A stretch of 63,088 nucleotides of DNA, the filler included, from Hyphochytrium catenoides (taxonomy: Eukaryota; Protista; Hyphochytriomycota): the NCBI GenBank assembly GCA_900088475.1. It is 16 parts of 16 records of this genome, joined end to end, with 100 filler letters (N's around TTAATTAATTAA, not from the genome) between each part and the next. Parts side by side here need not be neighbours in the genome. Positions count along the whole stretch, not along the records: positions 40,339 to 44,634 come from FLMG01000479.1; positions 44,735 to 56,466 come from FLMG01000630.1; 14 more parts are not named here. One strand, given 5' to 3'. Shown here piece by piece: positions 42,046 through 54,698 of the stretch; the stretch's first letter is position 1, and every line of letters starts with the position of its first letter. Under the pieces are notes generated by a model. That model searched no databases and was not told where the DNA came from. It saw only the letters and a list, made by a program, of their open reading frames with translations. The translations under genes and the position numbers were made by a program.

Positions 42046-43569
42046 CTCCCCCTCAGTGTCTTCTTTCGTTGGGCGGTTCTTGCTCTCACTTACCAGTCGG
42101 ACTCTTCTCACCTGCAAGTGGTGATGGCTTGCAGTAACGGACGAAATTTCCGTTAACGGTTTAAGGGCTGGTCAACAATTAGCCAATGGCATAGCTCCAG
42201 TCTAAAGGTTAACCAATCAGTGCTCCCCAAAGGGAAACAAACGATGACTCCCTGGCCAATCATCGCCGGCCAAACTGTAACTCATAGAAATGGGAGTGTT
42301 TTGCTTTGTACCGCCGCAATCCTAGGACCTAGTCACCTCTTCCATTGGATGATGATGGCATCTGTCAGTGCGGGGACCGCGGCTATCATTGCACCAAGCT
42401 CCTCCCGTATCTAAGGATCTGTCAACAGTGTGCTTAGTGTACGACGCGCGAAGGAGACCACTAGCTCAACAAGAAACAAGACTCGTAGGTAGGAGTTTCC
42501 TACTAATCGTTCTTTATAAGCTTACCGAACTTGACCTCGTACCACGAGAACCTCTCCATGTACCGGCTGAGGTGGCCGGCTTCGCATTACCCCGCCATTG
42601 CGCTCCGGGAGTCAAAGTGACAAATAAAATTCTTCTCGTTTTACTAACGCAGTTGTTGGGAGAATCGGTATATAAAGAGTTTCGTACAAAGGCTGATAAT
42701 GGCATCGAATAGATGTCTCCAAGGCTCCGCGAGAGGCAACGTCTGCCATTTGTCCTCCGGTCTATCTACTCCTCCGTGTCTCGTGCGAGATGCATCTCAG
42801 CATCGTATATTATCGTATTTGTACGGGTTTGTGGACAGATGCCCAGCCCTGGCGGTTCTGAGTAACTTGCCCTTGGGTCTCAATGCAACAGGGCTTTGCG
42901 GCGTTGGAGGCAAGCTTGCGCACATTTCGACATGCTTGCAGGGGTTGTTACAATTGGTTTTGATACTATGGATGATTCAAATGTTTTGCCTTGTTTGTTG
43001 CTGATCTAAAGGGTAGCAAGGGCTGGAGAAAGAGTCGAGTCGTGAGTTCGAGCCCGCTTTTGAGTTGGAGGCAAGGATTGTGCAGCATTTTATTAAACCC
43101 GCATATTAGAGCTGCATCCAAGCCTTTGTTTCCACTTCCCATGATTCTCTGTGCAAGGCGAGCAGGTGAAGGGCAGTGAAGCTAGTGAGATGAACCCTTG
43201 ACCCAAGCCTATAGAACGCGCTCTGGGGTCGGTAGAGAATCTAAAACAGTGCGAGCGGGAACGCTTTGAAGTTGGGGAGCAATCGTCAAGAAGAGGATAA
43301 TTCAAAAGATCAGCTCTGAGCTTGATCAAGCTAGAGGTACTCAGGAGAGAGAATTCTTTAGTGGCCTACTCAGCAGTACTGCTGGACAGAAACTCTTAAT
43401 AAACAGATTAAGATTGAGAAGTAGAACTATATTATCCGTCTTCATGGACGACAAGAAGAGGTAAGGAGAAGGGATGGGTCCCTGCATTCTAGCCCATAGC
43501 CATTACATGCTCCACCATCAAGGAGTCACTGTAGACTTTGATACGAGCTGCATTGGTGCAGTTCGCAGT

Positions 43570-44634
43570 TCAGTCAAGCTCCAGAGGCGTGTACTGTGAG
43601 AGCGTCTCAGCGATCTTCCGTTGTAAAGCTTGTGCCCCTTTCGCGCACTCACTGCTCGTCAACACTGTGTGAACAGCGTTCTGAATCTGGTCGCTCGTTA
43701 CAGTCTCAGCATTTAGGCACAACCCCGCTCCCAGTGCTTCTACTCGTGGACCAAGGATGAGCTGGTCAGTTCCGCCAGGAATGCAGACTAGCGGGATTCC
43801 ATGCGATAGAGCTGCTGTCAGTGTACCATGACCGGCATGAGTGATTACCAGATCCACATGTGGCAGCAGCCACTGGTGTGGGGCATAGCTGACACAACGC
43901 GCATTATCTGGAACCTGGAGCTTGTCGATGCTGTTGTGAGCCACCGTAGCGATTACCCGGTACTTGCTTGCATCACTCAGTGCAGTGAGGCAGCTTTGCA
44001 GAAGGGCCGTTTCTTCGCCAAGTGGCATGGTAGTGAAAGAAATGAGAACCGTTGATTTCGTGACATCGCAATCCCCTTCAGTGCGTTGAAGAAGTCTCTC
44101 CAAGTCAGCCGTGCTAGTTTGTCGGTATTTCTGCTCATATATCTTTGGGCAAGCGCGTGGGCCAATCCATGTGTAAGCGTTACGCGGGTAGCTGTCTGCT
44201 TGCTCCTCCAGCTCCGCGATACTGCAAACTATGTTGCGACTGTTGGGCTTATTAGCCCTCAACTGTATCGCATCAGGTGCACCTTGTGCCCATTTCCACA
44301 TCTCATCAGGAGTCTCTAACGCTGTCAACCCAGCTTTCTCTCTCAGTAGGTTGACCTTTGGCAACAGCCCAGTGAAAGCGCGGACGTTACCAGCTGGAGT
44401 GCCATGAAACACGATATATGCCTTCCGTGTCCACCCCATGGCTTCCACTGCTGTTAAGGCTCCCAGCATGACAAAGTCGATCAGCAGTGCATCGGGTTGT
44501 AGTTCTTCGGCTAATTCAGGGAGATCCACCAGGTGCGCTTCGGACACGATCATCCCTTGAATGGCTTGGTCTCGATAAGTAGTGAAGGAGTCGACGATTG
44601 CTTGCGCATGGCGGAAGACAACGACAGTGAGTCC
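43570..44634 (-). CDS. GT1 UDP-glycosyltransferase (MGT/YjiC-like), intronless in the visible part, N-terminus cut by the scaffold end
   Basis: Frame is open from the scaffold edge (GLTVVVFRHAQ...) to the stop at 43570. UDPGT signature VSYAPHQWLLPHVDLVITHAGHGTLTAALSHGIPLVCIPGGTDQ...RVEALGAG; also PDALLIDF and VLISFTT. Confidence 0.9.
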   Translation of the reverse strand, partial: GLTVVVFRHAQAIVDSFTTYRDQAIQGMIVSEAHLVDLPELAEELQPDALLIDFVMLGALTAVEAMGWTRKAYIVFHGTPAGNVRAFTGLLPKVNLLREKAGLTALETPDEMWKWAQGAPDAIQLRANKPNSRNIVCSIAELEEQADSYPRNAYTWIGPRACPKIYEQKYRQTSTADLERLLQRTEGDCDVTKSTVLISFTTMPLGEETALLQSCLTALSDASKYRVIATVAHNSIDKLQVPDNARCVSYAPHQWLLPHVDLVITHAGHGTLTAALSHGIPLVCIPGGTDQLILGPRVEALGAGLCLNAETVTSDQIQNAVHTVLTSSECAKGAQALQRKIAETLSQYTPLELD

Positions 44635-44734
44635 NNNNNNNNNNNNNNNNNNNNNNNNNNNNNNNNNNNNNNNNNNNNTTAATTAATTAANNNNNNNNNN
44701 NNNNNNNNNNNNNNNNNNNNNNNNNNNNNNNNNN

Positions 44735-44940
44735 CACTGCTGCCTCTCTATGATGATGATGAGCATCAGGATCCTGAGCCCTGGCCCCACAGTGATGAGC
44801 TATCAGTCACTGCTGCCTCTCTATGATGATGATGAGTATCAGGATCCTGAGCCCTGGCCCCACAGTGATGAGCTATCAGCCACTGCTGCCTCTCTATGAT
44901 GATGATCAGGATCCTGAGCCCTAGCCCCACAGTGATGAGA
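44735..44940. repeat. About 73-bp tandem repeat, 3 copies
   Basis: CACTGCTGCCTCTCTATGATGATGAT...GAGCCCTGGCCCCACAGTGATGAG at 44735, 44808 and 44881. Confidence 0.9.
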
Positions 44941-45507
44941 TGTCAGTCCTTGATGATCCTGGTCCCTGCTCCTGGTCCTTGGTCCTGCTGCTGGTGCTCC
45001 TCTTAGCCTGATCCTGCTGCTGCAGGTGCTGGTGGTGCTGGTACTTTATGCTGCTCCTCATGCTGGCTGCTGCTGGTGCCCCTGCTGCTGCTTGTGCTCC
45101 ATCATGCTGCTCCTCATCGTGCTGGCTGCTGCTGCTCCATGGTGCTCCTGTTGCTGCTGCTCCATGCTGCTCCTGATGCCGCTGGCTGCCTGCTGCTGGC
45201 ACCGCTGGCGCTGGTTGCTGCTGTCCGCGGTCTAAGCCGGGAAGAAGTCTCTCTCTCCTTCTGATACAGCTCCGCAGCAGCATCTGCAGCTCTCTGCAGC
45301 TCAGAGATTGGCCTCCTCTTCGTCCCGTTCTCCAGCAGCCCCACCGCGGCCTCTGTGTGCCCTCCTCGCTCCCCCCAAAATAGTTTCGACCGTTATTTTC
45401 GGTAACTCTGCTAATTTACAGTTAGCAGTTAGTTGCATGACCGTTCGACCTCTTTGTGTTCTCTCTCTCTGTCTCTCGCCCTTTCTCTCTCTCTGTCTCT
45501 CGCCCTT

Positions 45508-45538
<31 letters not shown>

Positions 45539-45551
45539 GTGTCCCTCTCTG

Positions 45552-45584
<33 letters not shown>

Positions 45585-45651
45585 GTCTCTCTCTGTCTCC
45601 CTCTCTGTCTCCGTCTCTCTCTGTCTCTCTCTCTGTCTCTCTCTCTGTCTT

Positions 45652-45693
<42 letters not shown>

Positions 45694-46133
45694 ACTCTGA
45701 CTCTCTCTCTCGTTCTCTTTCTGTCTCTCTGTCTCTCTTTCTCTCTTTCTCTCTCTGACTCTCTCTCCCTTTCTCTCTCTCTCTGTCTCTCTCATCTTTC
45801 TCTCTCTCTGTCTCTGTCTGTCTCTCTCTCTTTCACTCTCTCTCTCTCTCTTGTGGTGTCTTTCTGTCTAAGGAGATTCCTGTCTCAATTCTGTCCTTCC
45901 TTCTTCTCTCTCACAACCTCATTGTCTGTCTCTTCCATTACCTTTCTCTCCTCTGTCTCAGCTCTCTCCTCTACTTTCCTCTTCTCTCGCTCTGTCTCGT
46001 CACGCTTCTCTCCCTTGACCCGCAGCATTGATCAGTGCAGGACTAGCGTCAGAGGAGAGAAGAGAACCATCAATCGCACGGAAGAGAGATTTTGAGAGGG
46101 AGAGAGAACAGCGAGGAAGAAGAGACCTTGAAT

Positions 46134-46176
<43 letters not shown>

Positions 46177-46568
46177 GGCAGTAGTAAGGAGCTTGAGTAC
46201 GACGTTAGAGTTCTTTAGGGAGAGGAGAAGAGAAAGAAACACAAAGGAAGAACAACTACGCCAGCAGACAGAGAGAGGGAGCGCCGGAGAGAGAGAGAGA
46301 GAGAGAGAAGTCAGATAACAATAGGGAGGACGATGACAATGATGCTGGCATGGGGGCAAGGCAAGGCAAGGCAAGAAGAGAGAGAAAGGTGATTATAGCC
46401 AAAAATCAAAGAGTTAGACTCAAGTTTGGGCGGAAGCAGGAGAGCTTCGCGAGAAGGAGAAGATAGACAGCCGCCTTTTTAGAGAAGAGAGAGAGAGAGC
46501 AGAGAGAGAGGAGAGAGAGAGAGGAGGGAGAAAGAAGAGAGAGAGAGAAAGAGAAGCTTCGAACAGCT

Positions 46569-47814
46569 ATGGCTGGCCCACGCCGCCTTAACTTTCCTAT
46601 TCTCTTTCTCTTTTACGCAGTCTTTCTAACACTTCTTCTTTCCTCCTCTTTCTTTCCCTCTCTCGGTGCTGCGCTATCCTCTTCCTTCTCTTCTTCCTCT
46701 GGGGTATCCTCTCTCTCTCCTTCGACCTCTTCTTCTTCTCCTCCTCTCTCTCCATTCCCAGTCTCTTCCTCCCATCATGAGAGGACACAAGAGGAGAGAA
46801 GACAACTGCTCTCAAATGATCCTCTCTCCTCTCTTTCTCTCTCTCTCTCCCTGGCTCTCTCCGACGGACCAGCAGCAGAAGGACAAGAAGAGACAACAGA
46901 CTCTTCTTCCTCTTCTTCCTCTTCCAGCAGCAGCGCGGGGAACGAAGGAGGAGAGAGAGAAGGAGAGAGAGAAGGAGAGACTGAAGGAGAAGATGATGAC
47001 TATCACGCCGTCTATGGCGGAATGCCCTTGATAATGTTAGGGATCATCGCCATCGGAAGCGTTCTCTTTTCAAGCTTCTTTCTCGCGCCTTTTCTCTCTT
47101 TCTTTCTCTATCGCCGCCGTCATCTCTACCCGATGACGGCGCTTCTCAGTGTTAACGCGCACATCGCGATCCAACTGCTGATCCCCGTCATAATGTTAGC
47201 GCAGATGGAGACAGATCTCTGGGCTCACTATGGATTTCTATGGGTTCGCTATATCAATCTGCACATCCCGTGCTGGCTCTCTCTCTTCACCTGGGACGCC
47301 GCGTATTTCCCGCTGAGTTTCTATCTTCTTCTCTCCATTGCCAAGCTGAGGCTGGACTATATGTTCAACCTTGCCAAGGCGTGGAAGGCGGCAGAGCAGC
47401 AGGAGAGAAGAAGAGAAGAAGAGAGAGAGAGAGAGAAAATCGAAGAAGAAGCAGAAGAGAAGCGGCGGAGTCAGGGAAAGACAGGAAAGGAGGGAAGGAA
47501 GAGGACAGAGAAAAGCTCTCTCTTCTCGTTTCTTCTCTCTTCTTCGTTCTCTCTCTTTGCTTCTCTCTCTTCTCTCTTGGAGCCCCATCCAGAGACCATT
47601 CTCCGTGTTTATCCTCTTCTCACAGACAGAAAGACTACTGTCTTTCTTCTCCTCCTGGGCTGGGCTCACGGCTGGATGCCTGTCTTCCCTGCGCTGGTCA
47701 GAGCGGCGCCCAACCTGACCCACAATTATTATCACGAAGAATGCTATGCGGACGTAAGCCGGTCCTTTTCTCTCTCTCTCTCTCTTCTCTGGTGTTTACT
47801 CTTTCTTTCTATTA

Positions 47815-47861
<47 letters not shown>

Positions 47862-48042
47862 CTCTCTTTCAGTCGCGGCCTCTATGTCTCTCTCTTTATG
47901 CCTGTCTCTCTTTTTCTCTGTTTCTCTCTCGATCTCGTTTCGCTGTCCATTGCTCTCTCTCTTCGCTATCTTCTCCGTCTGCTTTGCTCTCCTCCTCGAC
48001 CCTAACCGTCTCTCTCTGTCCGTCTTTTCTCTCTCCTGCTTT

Positions 48043-48088
<46 letters not shown>

Positions 48089-49317
48089 GTTTCCCCTCCT
48101 GGTACCTCTTTCTCTCTCTCCTTCTTTCTCTCTCTCTCTTTCCTCAGACGGAGTTGGATCTCATCAACTCTCTCATCTACGGCATCGCGCTGATCCTCGG
48201 CTCGACGCTGGCGCTCTCTTCCGTGAGAGAAGCTTTCTTTCTCAAGCCTTCTTTTCTCTCCTGCGGCTCTTTTATCAGCTTCTCCATGCTCTCCTACGAT
48301 CTCGCCCAACTTCTCCCTCTCTCTTTCTACACGTCCGAGAGAGAGAACGCCCTGCAGATCTTCAACTCTTTCTGCTTTCTCCTCTCTCTTCATTCCTACA
48401 CGCTTGGCTTTAGCCTACGCCTACTGGTTCACTCCTATGCGTACGAGAGAGAGACAAAAGAGGAAGAGAGAGAGAAGAAAAACCTTGTCGATCCTAATAA
48501 GAGAAAGGGAGGAAAGACTGGAGAAGAGAAAAGAGAGAGAGAGACGAAGAAAAAGAAGAAGAAACCGGAGAAGACCTCGAGCAAGAAAATGACATCCAGC
48601 GATAAGGTGGTTCCTTTCTCTTCTTCTGCCGAGTCTTCTTCTTCTTCTCTCTCTTCTTCCTCGGAGGAAGAAGAGCATGGAAGAAAGAAGAGAGCAGGAA
48701 AAGGAGAGAGAAGAAAGAGAGAGAAGAAAGATCTTCCTCTTCTCTCCAGCGCCCAAGAAGTTGTGGCTTATCTCTGTTCTGAAGACGCAAGTGAAGACTT
48801 TCTCTCTGACTTTCAGCGCTATCTATGCAGTGAATTCTGCGTCGAGAACATCCTCTGGCTCATGACTCTGAGAGGCCCTAGAAAGCGATGGCAAGAGAGA
48901 GAGAGACGACGACGTGGGAGAGAGAGAGAAAGAGACGAAGAAGAAGAGGAGGAAAGAGGAAGAAGAGAGAGAGACGAAGAGGAGGAAGAAAGAAGAGAGA
49001 GAGAGAGAATGTTGAAAGAGCTGGAAGAGATGCTGGCCACCTTCATCCGTGTTGGCGCCAGTTTAGAGCTGAACATTGACGATGAGCTCCGGCGGCAGAT
49101 TTTGGAGATGCCCATAGAACAGCTTCTCTCTCTCTCTCTCTCTCCCTCTTCATCTTCTCCTCTCTCTCCGTCTCTCTCTCTCCTGGAGCAAGTGGATCTT
49201 GAGGTAGCTCGTCTGGCGCTGGATCCTTATATGCGGTACCGCCGTCTGAAGACTGGAGATGCGAGAAAGAGAACGTCAATGTTAGCGCAGATGGTCAGCT
49301 TGGTCAAGCAAACCTAG
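46569..49317 (+). CDS. Signal peptide + multipass TM (probably 7TM) + C-terminal RGS domain, 784 aa; join(46569..47753,48148..49317)
   Basis: Phase-0 intron GAC|GTAAGC to CCTCAG|ACG. About 7 hydrophobic segments including PCWL. RGS motifs FQRYLCSEFCVENILW, FIRVGASLELNIDDELRRQI and LEVARLALDPYMRY. Confidence 0.85.
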
Positions 49318-51215
49318 AGAGAGAAAGAGAGAGGAGAAAACGAGAGGAGAAAGAGAGAGAGAGAGAGAAAGCAATTCCTTCTTCACAAACAGCCGGAAAA
49401 AACTATGTATTCAAGAGAAAGAGAGAGCTACAAACAAAGAGCATGATGAGGCAAAGAGGAAGAAGTAATTAAGAGAGAGAGAGAGAGGTTTGACACAGAA
49501 GATTGCCTGAGGCAAAGATTAAAGAGGAAGAGAGACAGAGAGAAAGAGAGAGACCACGAGTGGTAGGCTTCTTATTATTAGAGAGAGGAGAGAGAAAAAT
49601 GGAAAAAAAAAACCAACAGCGGATCGTCGGAACGGAACTTTATATTTCCTTTTAGGACGCGGAAGTTCAAGGAGAGAGAGAGAGAAAGAGAGAGGGGGCG
49701 CACAGAAAGTGTAAGGACACCGTCAGAATCAGGAAAGGAGGAGGAGAGAATCACCAGGAAAGGAAAGAGGAGGATGAGAATGAACAGGAGAGGGAAACAG
49801 GAAAATTCTGACTCGACAGAGAGAGAGAGGGGAAACGGTTAAGAAGACAGCGATTAGAAGATAAAGGAGAGAGTGCAAGCGAGAGGAGAGACGCGGAGAG
49901 AGAGAGAGAGAGAGAGACTGTGTGGCGAGAAGACAGAAGATAGCAGTCAGTTGGTGATGAGGACGTGTTAATCCACGTAGTTGAAAGCACCAAGGAAGAA
50001 AGAGAAAGACCAGGACTGTCAGGGAAAGTCTCTTTCTCTCTTTCCCCCTCAGCTGTTCTATTGCTTTCCTCCCCACTCGCCTCTTCCTCCGACGACCTTT
50101 CGTAGGTCTGATAGATATCTTCAGGATCACTCTCTCCTCCTTCTCGGTTTATTCTCTCTCTCTCTCTCTCTCCCCTTCTCTCTCTCTCTCCTCTTCTCTC
50201 TCTCTCTCTCTTTCTGTCACCCTCACGCTCTTTTTCTCTCCCTCTCTCTTTCTCTTTCGCTCACGCTCTCTCTCGCGACGGCTCTTGTATCTCTTTCTCA
50301 CTCTTTCTCTCTCTCTCTCTCTCTCCTCTTCTCTCTCTTTCTCTCACACTCACGCTCTTTTTCTCTCCCTCTCTCTTGTTCTCTCTCTCACTCTCTCTCT
50401 CTCGTTACCTCTCTTCTATCTCTTTCTCACTCTTTCTCTCTCTCTCTTTATCGCTCCCTCTCACTCTCTCTCTCTCTGCATTACTCTGTCTTTCTACTTC
50501 CACCATGGTCTCATAAACGCCCCTACCCACCCCGAAACTAACAACCTTTATTCTGTGCGTCATTCCATTCTCAGTAGTATTCCGCTATCGCGCTGAGCAG
50601 CTAAGTATTTGAGCTTTACTTACCCAAAGATAGACCTCCCAACTGCCCCAGTCCAACCGCCGTTTTCCCCTTCTCCCCCCACATTCTTCCACAACGGCCC
50701 TCAGGGGAACAGAAAGGGGGTGGCCCGACACATTTCTCAGACGCTGGACGGCCGAAAGAGGGTTTAAGTGATAAGGTAATTCCAAAATAGTAATAAAAGC
50801 CATTTGGGCTCTTCTGGGTGGTGCATCTAGGGAATAAACTATGAGATCAGCTGAGCTAATGCGTCTCTGCAAACTAATATAAGGGGTAATCCTTTTTAAA
50901 ATAATTCTCATTGTGCAATAATTCACCAAAATAGTCTATTACTTTGGACCCTAACGAAATACTCGGGGCTTAGCATTATTGGCAATTTGTTCGGCACTCA
51001 ATAAAAGGCTTTCTGGACGAATAGCGACGAACAAAACGAGAACTGCGAGACAGAGCGAACAAGAGAGACAGAGCGCTTGGGAGCTTCACCATTAAGGGAT
51101 GTAAGATATGAGTGTAACACGAGACAGAGAAGAAAAGAGCTAGATGGGAAGTGAGAGAATGAGCAACTGCAACGAAGGGGCTGGACATACAGAGGGAGCA
51201 GGGAGAAGGTCCAAA

Positions 51216-51263
<48 letters not shown>

Positions 51264-51355
51264 CAGAGACAGAGAGGGAATGGGTGAGGTGAGGAGAGAG
51301 AAGAGAGGGGAAGAGTGAGGTGAGGAGAGAGAGAGAGAGAGCAAGGGTGAGGTAA

Positions 51356-51394
<39 letters not shown>

Positions 51395-51544
51395 CAGAGA
51401 GAAAGAGAAAGAGAGAGAGAAAGAGAGAGAGGGAAAGAGAGAGAAGAGTGATCATCAAAGGCTGTTTCAGGGGCAAGTTGCCACCTGTGATCAGCTGGAG
51501 AGAGAGGGCCAACCTTTTTCTTTCCTCTCCCTTCCTCCTCTCCC

Positions 51545-51592
<48 letters not shown>

Positions 51593-52334
51593 CTTTGTTT
51601 GTCCCTCCCTCAATCAGGCCCGTTCGTCTCTTCAAGTTGTCTCTCTTCTTGCTGCTTCTTTCCCTTTCTGCTTGGCAACAATCTCCTGGTTTCTGCACGA
51701 ACATCGAGCTCTCTCGCGTCACTAACGCCCAATGAAAGCATATGTCCCCCATACTAATAGCATCTCTCTCTCTCTCTTCCTCTCTATTCGATCGCTCTCC
51801 CTCTCTCTTCCCCCTTCTCTCTCTCTCCGCCTCTCTCTCCCTCCCTCCCTCTCTCTCTCCTCTCTCTCCCTCTCTTCCCCTCTCTCTCTCTTCCTCCTCT
51901 CTCGCCGTTGTCTCTCCCTCGCTTTCTCTTTCTCTCTTTCTTTCTCTCTCTCTCTCTCTCTCTTTTATTATGCCGCACCCCGCGCCACCGCCAGCGACTC
52001 TCCGAGATCTTCAACTCTAGCTCAATCCCATTTCCTAATCCGCGTCGTCCGTGCCAAATCTTCCTCTTCCTGTTGCCAATGAACGCCACCCTGCGGAGCG
52101 CTAGCATATATCTGCTCTCTCTCTCTCTCTGTCTTTTCCTCTTCTCTGTCTTCTTCATCTCTCTCTCTCTTTCTTCTCCGTCTATCGATCTCCCGGTCTC
52201 CTGTGGAGGACGCCAGACCAAAGACCACCTATTGAGGCCACATAACTCTCTCTCTCTCTCTGTTTCCCCCAATCTCTCTCTCTTTTCCTTCTCTCTCTCT
52301 CTCCCTCTCTCTCTCTTTTTCTCTCACAACTCTA

Positions 52335-54698
52335 ATGGATTCAGTTCAGAAGATCTCTCGTCCTCTCTCTCCTCCACGCTCCTTCTCTTCTTACCGTCCT
52401 ATTCCTCCTCCTCCATTTCTGTTTGAAGACAGAGAGGACGAGATACTACTAGGAAAGGACGAGAAAGAGGAGAGAGAGAGAGAAGGAGACAAAGATTCTC
52501 TTTCTCTGCTTCTTTCGTCCGACGACGAATCCTTCTCCTCTTCCTATAGAGAAAGAGGCGTGGAGGAGCGCAGTCTGGACGGAGAGAGAGAAGGAAGCAC
52601 GACGTCTTCTCTCTCTTCTTTCTTCTCAGCAAGCAGGTAGGCCTTTTCTTTCTCTCTTTCACATTCCAGCTGTTTCACTCTCCCCCTTTCCTCTCTTTCT
52701 CGTCCTTTCTCTCCTCGTTATGTTTCTCTTTCCCCTCTCGTCGTCTCCCTTCGGTTCTCTCTCTCCTCTCCCATTTTTTATGTTTTCCTCCTCTTCTTTC
52801 TCTTCCCTAGCCGCTTCTGCCTTTCTTGCCTACGCTTTGCTGGGACTCTTGATCTGTCTGTCTGTCTCTCTCTTGATTCCACTCCCGAGCTCTGTTTCTC
52901 TCTCTCTNNNNNNNNNNNNNNNNNNNNNNNNNNNNNNNNNNNNNNNNNNNNNNTCTCTCTCTTTCTCTCTCTTTCTCTCTCTCTGTCTCTCTTCTCATCT
53001 CTCTCCCTGGCTTGCATCCTTTTCCTCTCTCTTTCTCTCTCTCTGTCTCTCTTCTCATCTCTCTCCCTGGCTTGCATCCTTTTCCTGCTTATTTCTGGTG
53101 CCTGACACTGTCGTTTCTCCCTTTCATTGCCGCTACTGCAGAGCTTATGAAGCGAGAGAAGAGAGACAATTCTCTCCGTCTCTCTCTCTCCTGCAGTCTC
53201 CTCCCTCTCCCTCCACGATTAGCCGAGAGAACGAACAACGATTAGAAGGGGAAAGAGAGCAAGAGAAGAGAAAGAGAGAGAAACCAAAGAAGAAAAAGTT
53301 AAGAGAAGACTCCTCTTCTTCAGCTCTCTCTTCTCTTCTTCTCCCTTCTTCTCCTCTCCCTGCCAAAGAAGGAAGAAGAAAGAGAAAGAATGCTTATGCG
53401 GCCTTAGAAAAGAAAGTAGAGAGAGAAGAGCAACGTCTTCTCGGTCTTCAAAGGCGTCTCTCTCTCTCTTCCACGCCCTGCCTCATCGCGAATATTAACT
53501 ATGGGGAGACACTGGGATACCGCGCCATACAAACTCTTAGAGTTCAGTTGCTCGAGAAGATGACCGAAGGCGCCAACTCTGGAGATTTCCAAGCGTTTGT
53601 CTGGCTTTTCCATACAAATTGTACCGTGGTCTTCCAGCGCCTGCTAGACAGAGAGGGAGAAGAGAGAGAGAGAGAAGAAGAGAAAACGAAGGAGAAGAAG
53701 AAGAGAGACGAGAGGCGTAGAAGAAGAAGAAAGGAAAGGGTAGTGGAAGAACTAGAGGAGAGAGAAGAAGGAGAAGGAGAGAAGAAGAACGCAGTGATGC
53801 TGGCCAGAGGAGGAAAGAAGAGAGTTGCTCCTGTGCGTCAGGTGGAGACAAAAGGATCAGCTCTCGATCAGTCATGGTACCTATCGACTGTCTCTTTCTT
53901 CTCTAGTCGTTCCCCGTGGTCTCTTTCTCTCTCTCCCCCGTTTTGTCTCTCTCTTTCTCTCTCTTGGCCCATGTAATCTCTCTATTGAGGATAGCATTGC
54001 TGGAGAGTTGCTTCTTTACTTGTTCGTGCTGGTCTGTGCTCTTTCTCTCTCTCTCTCTTTCTCTCACTCTCACACTTTTTTCTCTCTCTCTCTCTCTCGC
54101 TCCCTCCCTTTGACACAGGGCCGACCTCCTCTCTCGCCACGGAAGCTTTCAATGGAAAGAGACGAAGTTTCACAGCTTGGACCCAAGGGGAGATAGAATT
54201 TTAGAAGAATGTCTCTTCGAGACGCAAATAGAAGAAGAAGAAGAGGTAGAAGAGAGAGAGAGAGAAGAAGGAGAAGAAGAGACAACAACTCCAAACAGAA
54301 GAGGAAAGAGAAGAGAAAAAGAGAGAGATCCTTCTTTTATCATAGAAGAAGACCTGGAAGAAAAGCAAGAGAGAAGAGAAGTCGACGAAGATGAAGAAAG
54401 CTCGCAGCAGCACATCGATGAAGAGGACGAAGAAGGAGAAGAGAGCCGGAGAAGGAGAAGCAACGACGACAAAGAGAACAGACCAACCCACCAAGAGAAA
54501 GAGGGAGAAATGGGAGAGACAGAAGTGAAGAATACGCGGAAAGAGAGAGAGAGAAAGAGAAAGACAATTGTCTTGAAGGTCCCCGTGCGGGCGTTGTATG
54601 TCTTTAGCGCTGAGAACCGGGTCACCTTTCTCTCTTATACTTTCCAGCAGCCGCTCCTGAGAGCCCAAGACAACCACCCCGCAATTCTACTTTCATAG
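52335..54698 (+). CDS. Uncharacterised 538-aa protein with a bZIP-like basic/zipper segment and a probable NTF2/SnoaL-like C-terminal domain; join(52335..52636,53142..53876,54119..54698)
   Basis: Two phase-2 GT-AG introns give one open frame. RRKRKNAYAALEKKVEREEQRLLGLQRRL. The C-terminal part is conserved with the neighbouring paralog. Fold call is tentative. Confidence 0.65.

Noticed and set aside
42180-42700. TAA/TAG-to-Gln alternative genetic code
   Set aside because: Intact genes in the window end in TAG or TAA and have no in-frame TAR; such stops appear only in decayed sequence.
44921-45344. Gln/Ala-rich or Cys-rich ORFs
   Set aside because: Derived from a CAG/CTG trinucleotide-rich low-complexity tract, with no supported gene structure.
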